From the NCBI GenBank assembly GCA_046753765.1, contig JBHHUN010000003.1, positions 21,001-85,000 on the forward strand: DNA of 64,000 nucleotides, read 5' to 3'. The position numbers and the translations under genes were made by a program. Source of the DNA: Candidatus Dojkabacteria bacterium (GTDB lineage Bacteria > Patescibacteriota > Dojkabacteria > B142 > OLB20). Below the pieces are notes generated by a model. The model made no database searches. It was given only the letters and a program-made list of their open reading frames with translations, and was not told where the DNA came from. This document shows positions 1-9,703 of this stretch, piece after piece (position 1 is the stretch's first letter; each line of letters starts with the position of its first letter).

Positions 1-1
1 C

Positions 2-247
2 AGGTACAAGGTTACCCAGGATCTTGTGCTGGAATCCGAAGAAACCGGCGAGTACCTCGAGTATCTACAGGGGCTTTTTCCTAGCCTGGAGATTAAATAT
101 GATGCAGATATTGGAAGAGCTTTTGTTGAGAGTAGGAATGATCTTGAGGATGATGAGACGTTACTTGTCACTGGCTCATTCTACCTTTTGAATGCACTAG
201 AGCAATCTGGCAATTACAATCACAAGGATAATAGCGACAACCAATAA
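2..247 (+). CDS. C-terminal fragment of a Mur-ligase/folylpolyglutamate synthase (FolC)-like protein; the gene starts upstream of the window
   Basis: Open frame from base 2 with no in-window start. The C-terminal motif '...LLVTGSFYLL...' resembles the Mur ligase C-terminal domain of FolC/MurC-F enzymes. Confidence 0.45.
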   Translation, partial: RYKVTQDLVLESEETGEYLEYLQGLFPSLEIKYDADIGRAFVESRNDLEDDETLLVTGSFYLLNALEQSGNYNHKDNSDNQ

Positions 248-865
248 AAGACCCAGAACATCAAAGTACTTCTCTATGAGCTTCTGTATCTTTACACCGT
301 ATCTGCCTGTCAGATAGGCAACCAAAAGAAATCTAGCGCCGCGACCTATAATTGAGCTGATGATTAGTATTGGAAGTGATATCTTAAAAAGGCCTGTTGA
401 AATTGTAAAGACCTTGTATGGTATCGGTGTAATCGATGAGATGAGAATTGCGTAAAATGCGTTTTCCTCAAAGATTTTCCCAACGTGTGCAATCTCTTCG
501 TGTAAGTGGTAAAAATCGACCATAGGCTGCCCAATTGCTTCAAAAAGAGTAAAACCGATGAAATAGCCCAGAATTGCACCGAGAACACTGCCTGACAGGG
601 TAATTAGAGCCATTTTAAGCCATTGTTTGGGGCGTGAGACTGTAAGTGCGAGCATGAGTACATCGGGAGGTATTGGGAAGAACGAGCTCTCAGCGAAAGC
701 AAGTAGAAACAGTGCAAGTGTCGCATACTTGGTTTTGCCCCATTTGAGTGTCCAATTATACGCTCTTCTGCCAGTTCTACCAGGCCATTTGAGCATTCTC
801 ACTATTGTGTTTTTCTGTTGAGCTTCTTTTTCTGTATCTTTCATGTTAGTCAATAAATCGAACAA
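197..865 (-). CDS. DedA/YqaA-family (SNARE-associated) inner-membrane protein
   Basis: 222-aa polytopic membrane protein. The motif 'FAESSFFPIPPDVLMLALTV' is typical of the YqaA/DedA family. The true start may be a downstream Met (MLKWPG...). Confidence 0.6.
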   Translation of the reverse strand: MFDLLTNMKDTEKEAQQKNTIVRMLKWPGRTGRRAYNWTLKWGKTKYATLALFLLAFAESSFFPIPPDVLMLALTVSRPKQWLKMALITLSGSVLGAILGYFIGFTLFEAIGQPMVDFYHLHEEIAHVGKIFEENAFYAILISSITPIPYKVFTISTGLFKISLPILIISSIIGRGARFLLVAYLTGRYGVKIQKLIEKYFDVLGLLLVVAIILVIVIARLL

Positions 866-923
866 TTATGTACTCTAATGTCCGACAAGTCAAGCGGGGA
901 AATATATATCGTCAATAGGCATT

Positions 924-2825
924 TCAATTCGATTTTAAGACAGCTCTGGCAATATAACGTTTTAAGATGAGTCCAATTACAACAAATAGTACCCCAATTG
1001 CCAGGCCACCGAAATCGTCGATATCGGTTGCGGGGAGGTTGGTAAGAGTGATAGAGAAACCTGTTCCCATTTGTGTTCCGTTAGCTTTGACATTTATCTG
1101 GTTATCCCCTGCCAGAAGGCCTATTGGTGCCGAGACCAACCAACCACCATTAGAATCGGCGGTTGCCTGATTAGCTGATCCGTTTATGCTAACAGATACT
1201 GATGAGTTTGGATCGGCAGTTCCACTAATTGTCGTAATACCTCCCAGCTCCTGCCCCTGCCTTATTGAGTTGAGAGAGGTTCCGGGTTCAAGAGTGAGTT
1301 CTGAGATGCTGTTTAAATCTGAAGTTGTGCTATCCGAGCTGTTGAACTCTCCAACAGCGGCTAGTTCTACAGTATAAGTACTGGCACTGAAAAATGAATC
1401 AAGTGAGTCTCCGTAACTGTCCCCAAGTGCAAGCGAGATATTAGCTCCACCTGTAGCGTCAGATTTCCAAGTTGAATTTCCGTCCGAGCTTACTTTTCTA
1501 CCATAGACAATCTGGTCTCTATCGTTTTGTGATGCGAATGTTGTGTCGACTGTGAGCTCTTTGCTCTCAGGTGCTGGAGGTGCAGACGTTAAATCGGGGA
1601 TTGTGAATGAAAATTCTTCGGTCCCGGGGGGCGAAAACATTGTGTCGTTGCTTATGAGATCGAAATTTGTAACTGTGCCTGTGTTCAATGTAGACGTATC
1701 TATGGAAACGCTGTGGGTATAACGCTCTTTTCTTGTTTGCAGGGAAGAGTCGCGGATATCCAGGTATGTCGCTGTTTCACTCCCCTGTTCCACGCGCACT
1801 ACTCCTGTTGTCGGCTCATTTGTCCTCCAATTAACCGTGAAACTGTTAGCTGAGATGTTACTTACAAAGATCTCATAGGGAATTGTCGAATCGGTTTTCT
1901 CCTGGCTGGACGAGTAAGTGCTGAATAGTATCTGTTCGTGAATGGAAGTTTGCTGAGACGTCGTTGGTGTTGGTGAAGGTGTTGTTGTGGGAACAGTCGT
2001 GACTGCTGGTGATGTTGTTGGTCTAGTTGTAATGGTAGGCGTTCCCGATGGTGTCTCTACTTCTGGCAGGCTCGTCATAGTAGGTGAATACGTCGCAGCA
2101 TAACCTGGGGCTATGGTAATTGTTCCAGGAGAGCTGTCGCTGGAGTAAATAACCCCGCCCTTCGCCCCTTCTCCTGTGGATGCGAAGCTCAGAATCCTTG
2201 CATCGGTGAGATCGAAGGCAGACCCCGTTTCAGTATCTCGTAGTGTTCCAAGATCAAAGGTAAACGTTCCATTTTGAGCTGTTGAGGCTATTGCTGCTGT
2301 AGAAAACCTACCATCGTGGAAAGCATGCGTGTATACAAGCGCGCCCTCTTCTCGAGGTTCAATTCTCCCAAAATTTGGCTGGGGTGTTGCCACAGTATCG
2401 ACACTTGGGAGAGTTCTAAATGTGAATGGACTCCCTCCGTTGTCATACTCTACACCACCGATAATGGGGCTAAAATAGTATTCTGTATTCGCCTGCAGGT
2501 TTTTAAGGTCAATGATGTGTGTTGTATAGTTTCCTGAGGTCCCCGTTCCAATATCCCTGTTATCACTTGCAATCAGGTCCAGGCTGTCTGTAGATGTTCC
2601 ATATTTTAGGGTGGCATCTGTAGCCGCTGCAGGTGTTAAAAAACTAACAGTGGCGGATGTTGCTGTTTGATTTCCAATGACTATCTCTTTTGGAGTTTCT
2701 GTAGGTCCTGCTTTGGCAAATGGATTAAAACCAAGGTTGATAGCCAGAATCACGGCCGGTATACCGATAAGTAGAACCAGCACTATTATAATGGGTAGAA
2801 TGGGTGTTCGTGACTGTTTTGCCAT
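924..2825 (-). CDS. Large surface protein with an N-terminal signal/anchor helix, fibronectin-III/Ig-like beta-rich region, Thr/Pro-rich linker and a C-terminal TM anchor
   Basis: 633 aa. N-terminal hydrophobic helix (ILPIIIVLVLLIGIPAVILAI), TTxPT/SPTPT low-complexity linker, and a C-terminal hydrophobic segment (LAIGVLFVVIGLILKRY) followed by a basic tail. No recognisable enzymatic motif. Confidence 0.55.
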   Translation of the reverse strand: MAKQSRTPILPIIIVLVLLIGIPAVILAINLGFNPFAKAGPTETPKEIVIGNQTATSATVSFLTPAAATDATLKYGTSTDSLDLIASDNRDIGTGTSGNYTTHIIDLKNLQANTEYYFSPIIGGVEYDNGGSPFTFRTLPSVDTVATPQPNFGRIEPREEGALVYTHAFHDGRFSTAAIASTAQNGTFTFDLGTLRDTETGSAFDLTDARILSFASTGEGAKGGVIYSSDSSPGTITIAPGYAATYSPTMTSLPEVETPSGTPTITTRPTTSPAVTTVPTTTPSPTPTTSQQTSIHEQILFSTYSSSQEKTDSTIPYEIFVSNISANSFTVNWRTNEPTTGVVRVEQGSETATYLDIRDSSLQTRKERYTHSVSIDTSTLNTGTVTNFDLISNDTMFSPPGTEEFSFTIPDLTSAPPAPESKELTVDTTFASQNDRDQIVYGRKVSSDGNSTWKSDATGGANISLALGDSYGDSLDSFFSASTYTVELAAVGEFNSSDSTTSDLNSISELTLEPGTSLNSIRQGQELGGITTISGTADPNSSVSVSINGSANQATADSNGGWLVSAPIGLLAGDNQINVKANGTQMGTGFSITLTNLPATDIDDFGGLAIGVLFVVIGLILKRYIARAVLKSN

Positions 2826-3394
2826 TGTTACACCAGTTTATGTGGATTAGTTGTGGTAGTCAATGTATATATGCTTTTATGGGTTTCACACACTTCTACT
2901 AAGTTTTACGCTTAGTAGGTTACAAATACCTCACGATCATATTAGCTTAGCTCAATTAACTTCAAAGGGTTTCTCTGTCTTTGGTCTAGGAACTTGAGAA
3001 ACTTTCTATAACAGTTGTCCGAAGCACACAGATTCCGTCTCAGTTTCTTGGGTTGTATTTCTTTGCATAATCTGACGTACCTGAAACAGCCCCCAAATTG
3101 TTCCATCCATGACCTAAATAGCATAGAAATCAAAAAAACTTGACAAACATGGATTATAGGTTGGTGGTATTGCATACCATTACAGAAACAGAAGGCAATG
3201 TTACACTATTCGAAAGTCATGATACAAGATATAGCAGCAATCAGCATTTTTTGACTCGCTAAATTGAATCCATACTATATCCTATAGCCTAAATGCGAAC
3301 AGTCGTTTTGTCGTTGCTCACAAAAAGCGGCACACATCTTTGGTAAATTAGACAGCATCTCTATGCAAATTTATACGTATATAGGAGGAACATA

Positions 3395-3565
3395 ATGAAT
3401 GATACAGTGTGGATGGATTTGCGCGTAGGTGGGTGCCATATTGTTCGACAAAGTGTCAAGAGTGTACTAATTAACAGATCGAAGGTACTGGATAGGCGTA
3501 CTCACCGGATGTGGGAAATATTGATCAATCGCATAGTAATGGTTTCTGTGTCATTTGCAAAATGA
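3395..3565 (+). CDS. Candidate small protein (56 aa) inside the long intergenic island
   Basis: ATG preceded by a perfect Shine-Dalgarno sequence (AGGAGG, 6-nt spacer). The ORF is below the 60-aa cutoff of the ORF track and has no recognisable family, so the call is speculative. Confidence 0.25.
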   Translation: MNDTVWMDLRVGGCHIVRQSVKSVLINRSKVLDRRTHRMWEILINRIVMVSVSFAK

Positions 3566-4031
3566 TAATCTTGCCAGATTAATTGCTTCCATTAGATACG
3601 AATGCAACTCCCTCCTTCGCTACGGCTTTTTATCGGGTTTGATTGTGATCGTTCGATGAATCTACCTTGAGTCTCTATATCTAGACATTTAGATTGTCGT
3701 GGGGCCTATAGAAGGAGCCTTAAATTGTACAGTCTAGTAAGAAAGGAGCTTTGCTATAATTTTAGAAATATCCGTTTTGATCTAGTAACGTTGTCAAATA
3801 TTTATTCGAGAAATAGAGGATACGACGACGACAGACTAGGTATATAACCATGTTATCTAGATGTTCTTGTTTTTACTAACGCACGATGTGCGGGGAAAGC
3901 GTTTATGCTTCTTTGAAAGATCTCGTCTGCCTAACGAAATTTGGCTACAATAACACGTTTGTCGGACAAATTGGGACAAATTGTACCTGAAGTAAAGATA
4001 GAAGCTTATTGATGTTGAGGATGACTACGAT

Positions 4032-5690
4032 TTAACTGAACGTAGCTTTGAGGAATTCGAGAAACAAAGGATGCGGGTTTAGTGGAGTGGATTTGTATTC
4101 TGGATGGGCTTGAGTAGCAACAAAAAATGGATGTAGTTCTGTGGTGAGTTCAATCATTTCAACAAAGACATCGTCTGGTGATACTCCAGAGATAACAAAC
4201 CCCTTATTCTCGAGTTTTTCTCTATATTCATTGTTGAATTCGAACCTGTGCCTGTGACGTTCGGAGATAGTCCCTCTCTGGCCGTTCTTCCAATGATCAT
4301 ATTGATCATAGATACTGTAAGCCAGAGTACCGGGTTTCAGTATGCAATCAAAAGAACCGAGTCTCATTGATGTACTTTTTCCTTTAATGGTTTGATACTT
4401 CTTGTGGAATGGAATTGAGTGTATTATCTTGTGTTGTGTCTTTGAATCGACTTCTTCAGTGTGTGCATCTTTAAGCCCCAGTACATTTCTTGCAAATTCA
4501 ACCGCTGCGAGTTGCATACCATAACATAAACCAAGATACGGCACCTTATATTCGCGCGCGTACTTTATCGCCCTTATCTTGCCTTCAACGCCCCTTGTCC
4601 CCCACCCTATAGGCACTATGATCCCATTAGATCCCGCAAGAAGGCTCTCAACGTCATTTTCTGATTTCTCGGAATTGATCAGATTATATTCGATTTCTGT
4701 ATCGGTCTCAACAGCTGCAGATTCGATAGCATGAAGTAAGGCGTGGTATGAATCGTTAAGTTGAGAATCGCCAGTACCGAAATACTTGCCGACGATAGCT
4801 ATCTTTGCAGTGTTTGTTTTTCGTTTTTTGAGTTTTTTCAGGTAACTTCTCCAGTTATCGAGCTTTATAGGGGGGTGCTTCTTGATATCAAAGAAATCGA
4901 GTAAACGGGTGTCCAATTTTTGACCATGTAGATGCACCGGTACCTTATGTATGTTATCGAGGTTTTCTGCGGAGATAATATGTTCCTCTTTTATTCCAAA
5001 CTTCAGTGAGAACTTATACTTCCTTTGCTGATCAATAGGGACTTGTGACCTGGTTACAATGAAATCGGGCATGATATTCATACTCATCAGGTCTCTTATG
5101 CCCAGTTGGGCGGGCTTCGTCTTTGGCTCCCCAATATGTGAAGGCTGAAGAATATAGGTAACATGGATATGCGCCACAGGTTCGCTAAGTGACATTTTGC
5201 GCGCTGCTTCATAGTATAACCCATTGTTGTTCTCGTACTCGCCTACTGTCCCTCCAAGCTCAATTACAACAAAATCAGATCCATTCGCAGTTGATTTGAT
5301 TCTTCGTATGATCTCATCGACAACGTGTGGTATAGGTTCGACATCCTCTCCTTCGTAGTGCATATTCCTCTCATTTTGTATGACCTTAAGGTACAACTGC
5401 CCCATTGTCATAAAGTTGGAGTGTCCTACCTCTTGATCTAGAAAACGTTCGTAATTGCCGAGGTCCTGATCCCCCTCCAGTCCATCATCGCAGAGAAAAG
5501 GATCCCCGTGTTCGATGGGGTTTACGGTTCCGAAATCCCAGTTTAGGTTATTCTCGCATTTGATTGGTGTAACTGAGAAATTGCGTCTCTTTAGCAGAAA
5601 TGCGACAGAAGCCGCAGTAATTCCTTTTCCGAGAGCTGATATAACTCCTCCGGACACAAAAATATACCTAGTCTTTCCATGTTTTGACAT
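4032..5690 (-). CDS. pyrG: CTP synthase
   Basis: 552 aa. N-terminal synthetase domain (MSKHGKTRYIFVSGGVISALGKGITAASV...) and a C-terminal class-I glutamine amidotransferase domain with the catalytic Cys motif (GLCYGMQLAAVEFARN). Confidence 0.95.
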   Translation of the reverse strand: MSKHGKTRYIFVSGGVISALGKGITAASVAFLLKRRNFSVTPIKCENNLNWDFGTVNPIEHGDPFLCDDGLEGDQDLGNYERFLDQEVGHSNFMTMGQLYLKVIQNERNMHYEGEDVEPIPHVVDEIIRRIKSTANGSDFVVIELGGTVGEYENNNGLYYEAARKMSLSEPVAHIHVTYILQPSHIGEPKTKPAQLGIRDLMSMNIMPDFIVTRSQVPIDQQRKYKFSLKFGIKEEHIISAENLDNIHKVPVHLHGQKLDTRLLDFFDIKKHPPIKLDNWRSYLKKLKKRKTNTAKIAIVGKYFGTGDSQLNDSYHALLHAIESAAVETDTEIEYNLINSEKSENDVESLLAGSNGIIVPIGWGTRGVEGKIRAIKYAREYKVPYLGLCYGMQLAAVEFARNVLGLKDAHTEEVDSKTQHKIIHSIPFHKKYQTIKGKSTSMRLGSFDCILKPGTLAYSIYDQYDHWKNGQRGTISERHRHRFEFNNEYREKLENKGFVISGVSPDDVFVEMIELTTELHPFFVATQAHPEYKSTPLNPHPLFLEFLKATFS

Positions 5691-5757
5691 CCCAGATAGA
5701 GTTATTAACTATAACGCTTGAAAAAAGATCTCTGAAGTGTTGACCAGTGTACTTCGT

Positions 5758-6978
5758 TTACTCCGTCGACGCAAGATATGAATCTGGAGAAAGTGCATTG
5801 ACTATGAATGCAAATTCCGCCTGTCTTCCATCGTCTAGTGTAGCAAAGCCTTCAAACATATAGAACGGTTGCAGATAGTGTGTCCATGGCTCTCTGGTTT
5901 TCCACTCATCTGGCTCAATATAAATAACCCTGACAGAATCAACCAGCACATTGAACTCAACGACCCGGTACTGTCCAAACTCTCCGAAAACATCAATATC
6001 TTCTGGACGAAGCCAGATCAGATACCCGAGATTTGCCTGAATGTCGAGCCAAGCTTGCTGTGGTGAGATGAGTTGGTACACTCCACTTTCGCCGTACGTG
6101 TAGTCTTTGAAATCTAAGTGAACATAATCTGTGGAAGGTGTCTCTGCCGTCCCCTGAACGATAAAATTTGCTGGACCACTTAGGAAATCGTACTTTCTCA
6201 CCTCAGACACCACAGTTTCTGGTGGGCTTTCATCTTCTCTATCAGGTTTGTAATTTGGGGCCAATGTACTCGATTCTACACTTTTGTAAAGAGATATCCT
6301 GGCGTATCTACCATCCTCGGGATCAAGTACTCTAGACATAACGCCATTGCTGAAGTTTATGAAATCTACCCGGTTGAATTTATTTGAGAAGTTTGCGTTT
6401 GATATGCCTAGATTCGAAAGTAATCCACTAGCTTTTGATGTATAAAACCCCTGTTCACTTTTTAATGGGACGAATTGGGAAGTTGCAGAGTCAGTTGCTA
6501 TAGTAACATCGTAGTTCCATTCCTGCAGGACCTTGTGGTAGCTAAGGCTTCTGGTTAGGGTCCGATTTTCCCAAAAAAGGATATCATCGGCAAGACGGGT
6601 CTCCTGTCTAGGGAAACCAAGTACCTCAGCCATTGATCTGCCACGTTGAGTACTGCCAAATGTCTCTCGGGGTTCTAATATCTCATAAACATTTATCACT
6701 GGTGGGGAGTCAGGTAATCTACCAGCTTCGTCGAGTGCATAGGATGCCTGTGTTCCAGACTCAAGTGTAAGGGATGTGATCACTGGCCTGGGGATATCGC
6801 CCAGTGCATTGTCGACTTTAAGATATGCGGCGGGGTCGGAAGGAGTTGGGGTTGTCTTAATCCCTTCATCGACCAAATCAAGAATGAACTGGCAGATAAA
6901 AGTAAATATTGCAAAAACGATAAAACCGATAACGGCTTTACGGGCAAGACTTGTTGAGCGAGTTAGTTGAGATGCCAA
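5758..6978 (-). CDS. Hypothetical membrane-anchored extracytoplasmic protein
   Basis: 406 aa with a single N-terminal TM helix (AVIGFIVFAIFTFICQFIL), then a hydrophilic domain with no recognised motif. Confidence 0.5.
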   Translation of the reverse strand: MASQLTRSTSLARKAVIGFIVFAIFTFICQFILDLVDEGIKTTPTPSDPAAYLKVDNALGDIPRPVITSLTLESGTQASYALDEAGRLPDSPPVINVYEILEPRETFGSTQRGRSMAEVLGFPRQETRLADDILFWENRTLTRSLSYHKVLQEWNYDVTIATDSATSQFVPLKSEQGFYTSKASGLLSNLGISNANFSNKFNRVDFINFSNGVMSRVLDPEDGRYARISLYKSVESSTLAPNYKPDREDESPPETVVSEVRKYDFLSGPANFIVQGTAETPSTDYVHLDFKDYTYGESGVYQLISPQQAWLDIQANLGYLIWLRPEDIDVFGEFGQYRVVEFNVLVDSVRVIYIEPDEWKTREPWTHYLQPFYMFEGFATLDDGRQAEFAFIVNALSPDSYLASTE

Positions 6979-7041
6979 ATTACTTCTGACTAATAATTAC
7001 ATATAAGTAGCAATGTTATCCCAGGCTCGGTATTATATATT

Positions 7042-8367
7042 ATGGAGCAGAACACAGGGAGTTACAAGCGCAGAGTGAAAATTAACCTTGATAAGCAGAT
7101 GGCAAAGAAAAGGCCAGCCGGAAGAAAGACTACTCTTACCGCTTTCAAGCCATCTTTTAAGCAGATATTCCTGTCTGTTTTAGTATTCGCTGCGGCGTTC
7201 GGCGTCATATACGCTGTTGATACCTCTGGAATATTGAAACCAAAGCTGGATATAGCTACCGGATATTACCTGGTGAGCACGAACGCCGAGGTAACGCCAC
7301 CGAGTATAGAGATCCCCATACCACCTCAGGTTAGGGATAAAGAGAACCCTATAAACGGAGTGTTAATGACGAAAAAGGATTACAGCAACCTTCTTAAAAG
7401 GACTCCTGTAGCCGTAACTATAAATAATACTTCAATTGCAAGGCCTCAGCATGGGCTAACACAGGCAGATACCGTTCTTGAAGTACTCGCAGAGGGAGGC
7501 ATTACACGGTACGTCGCAATGTTTTATCAGAACTTCGATATCTCAAAGATCGGACCTGTGAGGTCCCTCAGATATTACATGATAATGTGGGCTTCGGGGT
7601 ACGCTGATGCGATAATTTTGCATGAGGGACAGGCAGGATATGATAATGCACCCTGGGAAACCTATCGAGAGAAGGCTGATGCAAGGGGTGCACTGTACAA
7701 ATTTGGAATAAAAAGTATGCAGTCAGCTGGTAGTAGGTATAGAGATTATGACAGGGCTGCTCAGGTCGGACTTGTCCACGCGCTTTATACTGATTTCAGT
7801 TTAATAAAGCCGGAGATTTCGAGATTAGGTTCAATTTTGGGATGGAAAATTGGATCAAAAAATTTGGAGCCATTAAAATTCAAATACGATGCCGAAACTG
7901 AGGAGAGAGGTGAATTTAAAGCAGTAACACTAGAATTTTTAGGACTGAGCACCGCTGACTACAGCTCAAGATTCGTTTATGATAAGAAAAGCAACACATA
8001 CAAAAGGTTTGTTGGAGGAGTAGCGGATATAGATCAACTCAACAATGAGCAGATTGCACCAAAAAATGTGGTTATTGAGTGGCACAACTATGGCGATGCA
8101 AATGATGGGCATGGAAGGATTATCATAGATATGCTTGGTGAAGATAAGGTCACGGTCTTGCGCGATGGTAAGGTGATTAACGGAACCTGGAAGAAAGAGT
8201 GCAGAACTTGCAGGACCAATTACTTTGACACAAAGGGTAACGAAATTGAGTTTGTAAGGGGGCAGATATGGGTAGCTAATGTTGTAAAGGTTGGTGATAG
8301 GGAGGTGAGCAATGTCTTCATAAACGATGGCTCTACTAAAAACAATGAACCTGCTAATAAAACTTAA
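7042..8367 (+). CDS. DUF3048 (YerB-like) family secreted/membrane-anchored protein
   Basis: N-terminal TM helix, then the motif 'ARPQHGLTQADTVLEVLAEGGITRYVAMFY' characteristic of DUF3048/YerB-family proteins. Function unknown. Confidence 0.55.
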   Translation: MEQNTGSYKRRVKINLDKQMAKKRPAGRKTTLTAFKPSFKQIFLSVLVFAAAFGVIYAVDTSGILKPKLDIATGYYLVSTNAEVTPPSIEIPIPPQVRDKENPINGVLMTKKDYSNLLKRTPVAVTINNTSIARPQHGLTQADTVLEVLAEGGITRYVAMFYQNFDISKIGPVRSLRYYMIMWASGYADAIILHEGQAGYDNAPWETYREKADARGALYKFGIKSMQSAGSRYRDYDRAAQVGLVHALYTDFSLIKPEISRLGSILGWKIGSKNLEPLKFKYDAETEERGEFKAVTLEFLGLSTADYSSRFVYDKKSNTYKRFVGGVADIDQLNNEQIAPKNVVIEWHNYGDANDGHGRIIIDMLGEDKVTVLRDGKVINGTWKKECRTCRTNYFDTKGNEIEFVRGQIWVANVVKVGDREVSNVFINDGSTKNNEPANKT

Positions 8368-9703
8368 AACTGGATTCAAGAAGAAAGCCGTGCTGACAGT
8401 AGTAGTATTGTTTACACTGGCTGCCTGTAATGGCGGTGGGGGGACCGGGGAGACAACCCCGACACCTACTCAGCAGGAAGATATTGTGCTGATCTGGTGG
8501 AATATGTTTGAACCCAAGGAGAATGTTCAGCCGTTGATTGATGCATACGAGTCTGCTCACCCTAATGTAACTATCCAGTACGATGAAAAAGGTGTGAACG
8601 ATGGTGTTGATGGTTACAGGAGCACTCTAAACACGGTATTGAGTGACGAGGATGCGCTTAGTACGCCTGATATCTTCATAGTTCATAATAGCTGGGTTGA
8701 TAAATACAAGCAGTTCATTAGGGTTGCATCTGAGTCAGATGTGGCTCGGAACAACTTCAGTGACTTCTACCCTATTGTAGAGAATGATTTTTCTGACTCA
8801 AGTGGGATTTACGGGCTGCCACTTTACTTGGATACGTTGTCGATTATCTACAATAAGAACAAGTTAATCGAGAGTGGTTATACGGTACCAAGTGATGACT
8901 GGTCAGAGTTCCAAACACAGGCAAAAAACCTCACCAAACGAAGTGCAAACAATCAGATCGTCAGTGCAGGATTCTCAGCAAATATCGTAAAAAATACGGA
9001 GTTTTACTTTGATCTAATAAATCTCCTCTTCTTGCAAAACGGGGTAAACATGACTGATACTACAGGCGAGGACGCTATTTTCGGTACTGAGCCAGAACTG
9101 ACAAAAGCCAAAGACGCCCTAACCTTCTATCAGGACTTCCTTAAAGGGGACAAGGCTACCTGGTCTGACGATCTCAAGATAGATATTGCGAGTTTCCTTG
9201 AGAAGAAGCTAGCAATGTTTGCAGCTCCAAGTTGGCGACTAATCAACATCCTGGACTACAATCAGAAGTACAATCTTGGTCTTGATGTTGGGGTCGTCCC
9301 GATGCCCCAACTTGGCGGTGATAAGACTGTCGCCTGGCCAACATACTGGGCGCAAACAGTTGCGAAGGATAGTGCTAATCCGACCGCTGCATGGGACTTC
9401 ATTAACTTTATTACTCAAGCGGAACAGCTCCAACTGCTTGATAGCACTGTACAGCAAAATGGGCGACCGTTTGGTATTCTTTTTCCTCGAAAAAGTATGG
9501 AAAGCCAGATTATTGACAGTGTTCAGTTTAAAGATACGCTCGGTCCCTATGTGCAGCAGTTTTCAAAGCTTGGGGATTGGCCAATGGTAGATGGCTTCGC
9601 AGTGAGACAGGTTTTTGATGATGAATTTGATAAGGGCAGTGACTTGACGACAATTGAATCCAGAGTTGATTCTATTATCCAATCTAAAGGTGATCCACCG
9701 TGA
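8345..9703 (+). CDS. ABC transporter extracellular solute-binding lipoprotein (family 1, sugar/oligosaccharide type)
   Basis: Lipoprotein signal peptide with a lipobox (…VVLFTLAAC) and a Gly-rich tether. SBP_bac_1-like sequence throughout (IVLIWWNMFEPKENVQ...). The ORF track starts it at 8327; the Met at 8345 gives a canonical signal peptide. Confidence 0.7.
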   Translation: MNLLIKLKTGFKKKAVLTVVVLFTLAACNGGGGTGETTPTPTQQEDIVLIWWNMFEPKENVQPLIDAYESAHPNVTIQYDEKGVNDGVDGYRSTLNTVLSDEDALSTPDIFIVHNSWVDKYKQFIRVASESDVARNNFSDFYPIVENDFSDSSGIYGLPLYLDTLSIIYNKNKLIESGYTVPSDDWSEFQTQAKNLTKRSANNQIVSAGFSANIVKNTEFYFDLINLLFLQNGVNMTDTTGEDAIFGTEPELTKAKDALTFYQDFLKGDKATWSDDLKIDIASFLEKKLAMFAAPSWRLINILDYNQKYNLGLDVGVVPMPQLGGDKTVAWPTYWAQTVAKDSANPTAAWDFINFITQAEQLQLLDSTVQQNGRPFGILFPRKSMESQIIDSVQFKDTLGPYVQQFSKLGDWPMVDGFAVRQVFDDEFDKGSDLTTIESRVDSIIQSKGDPP

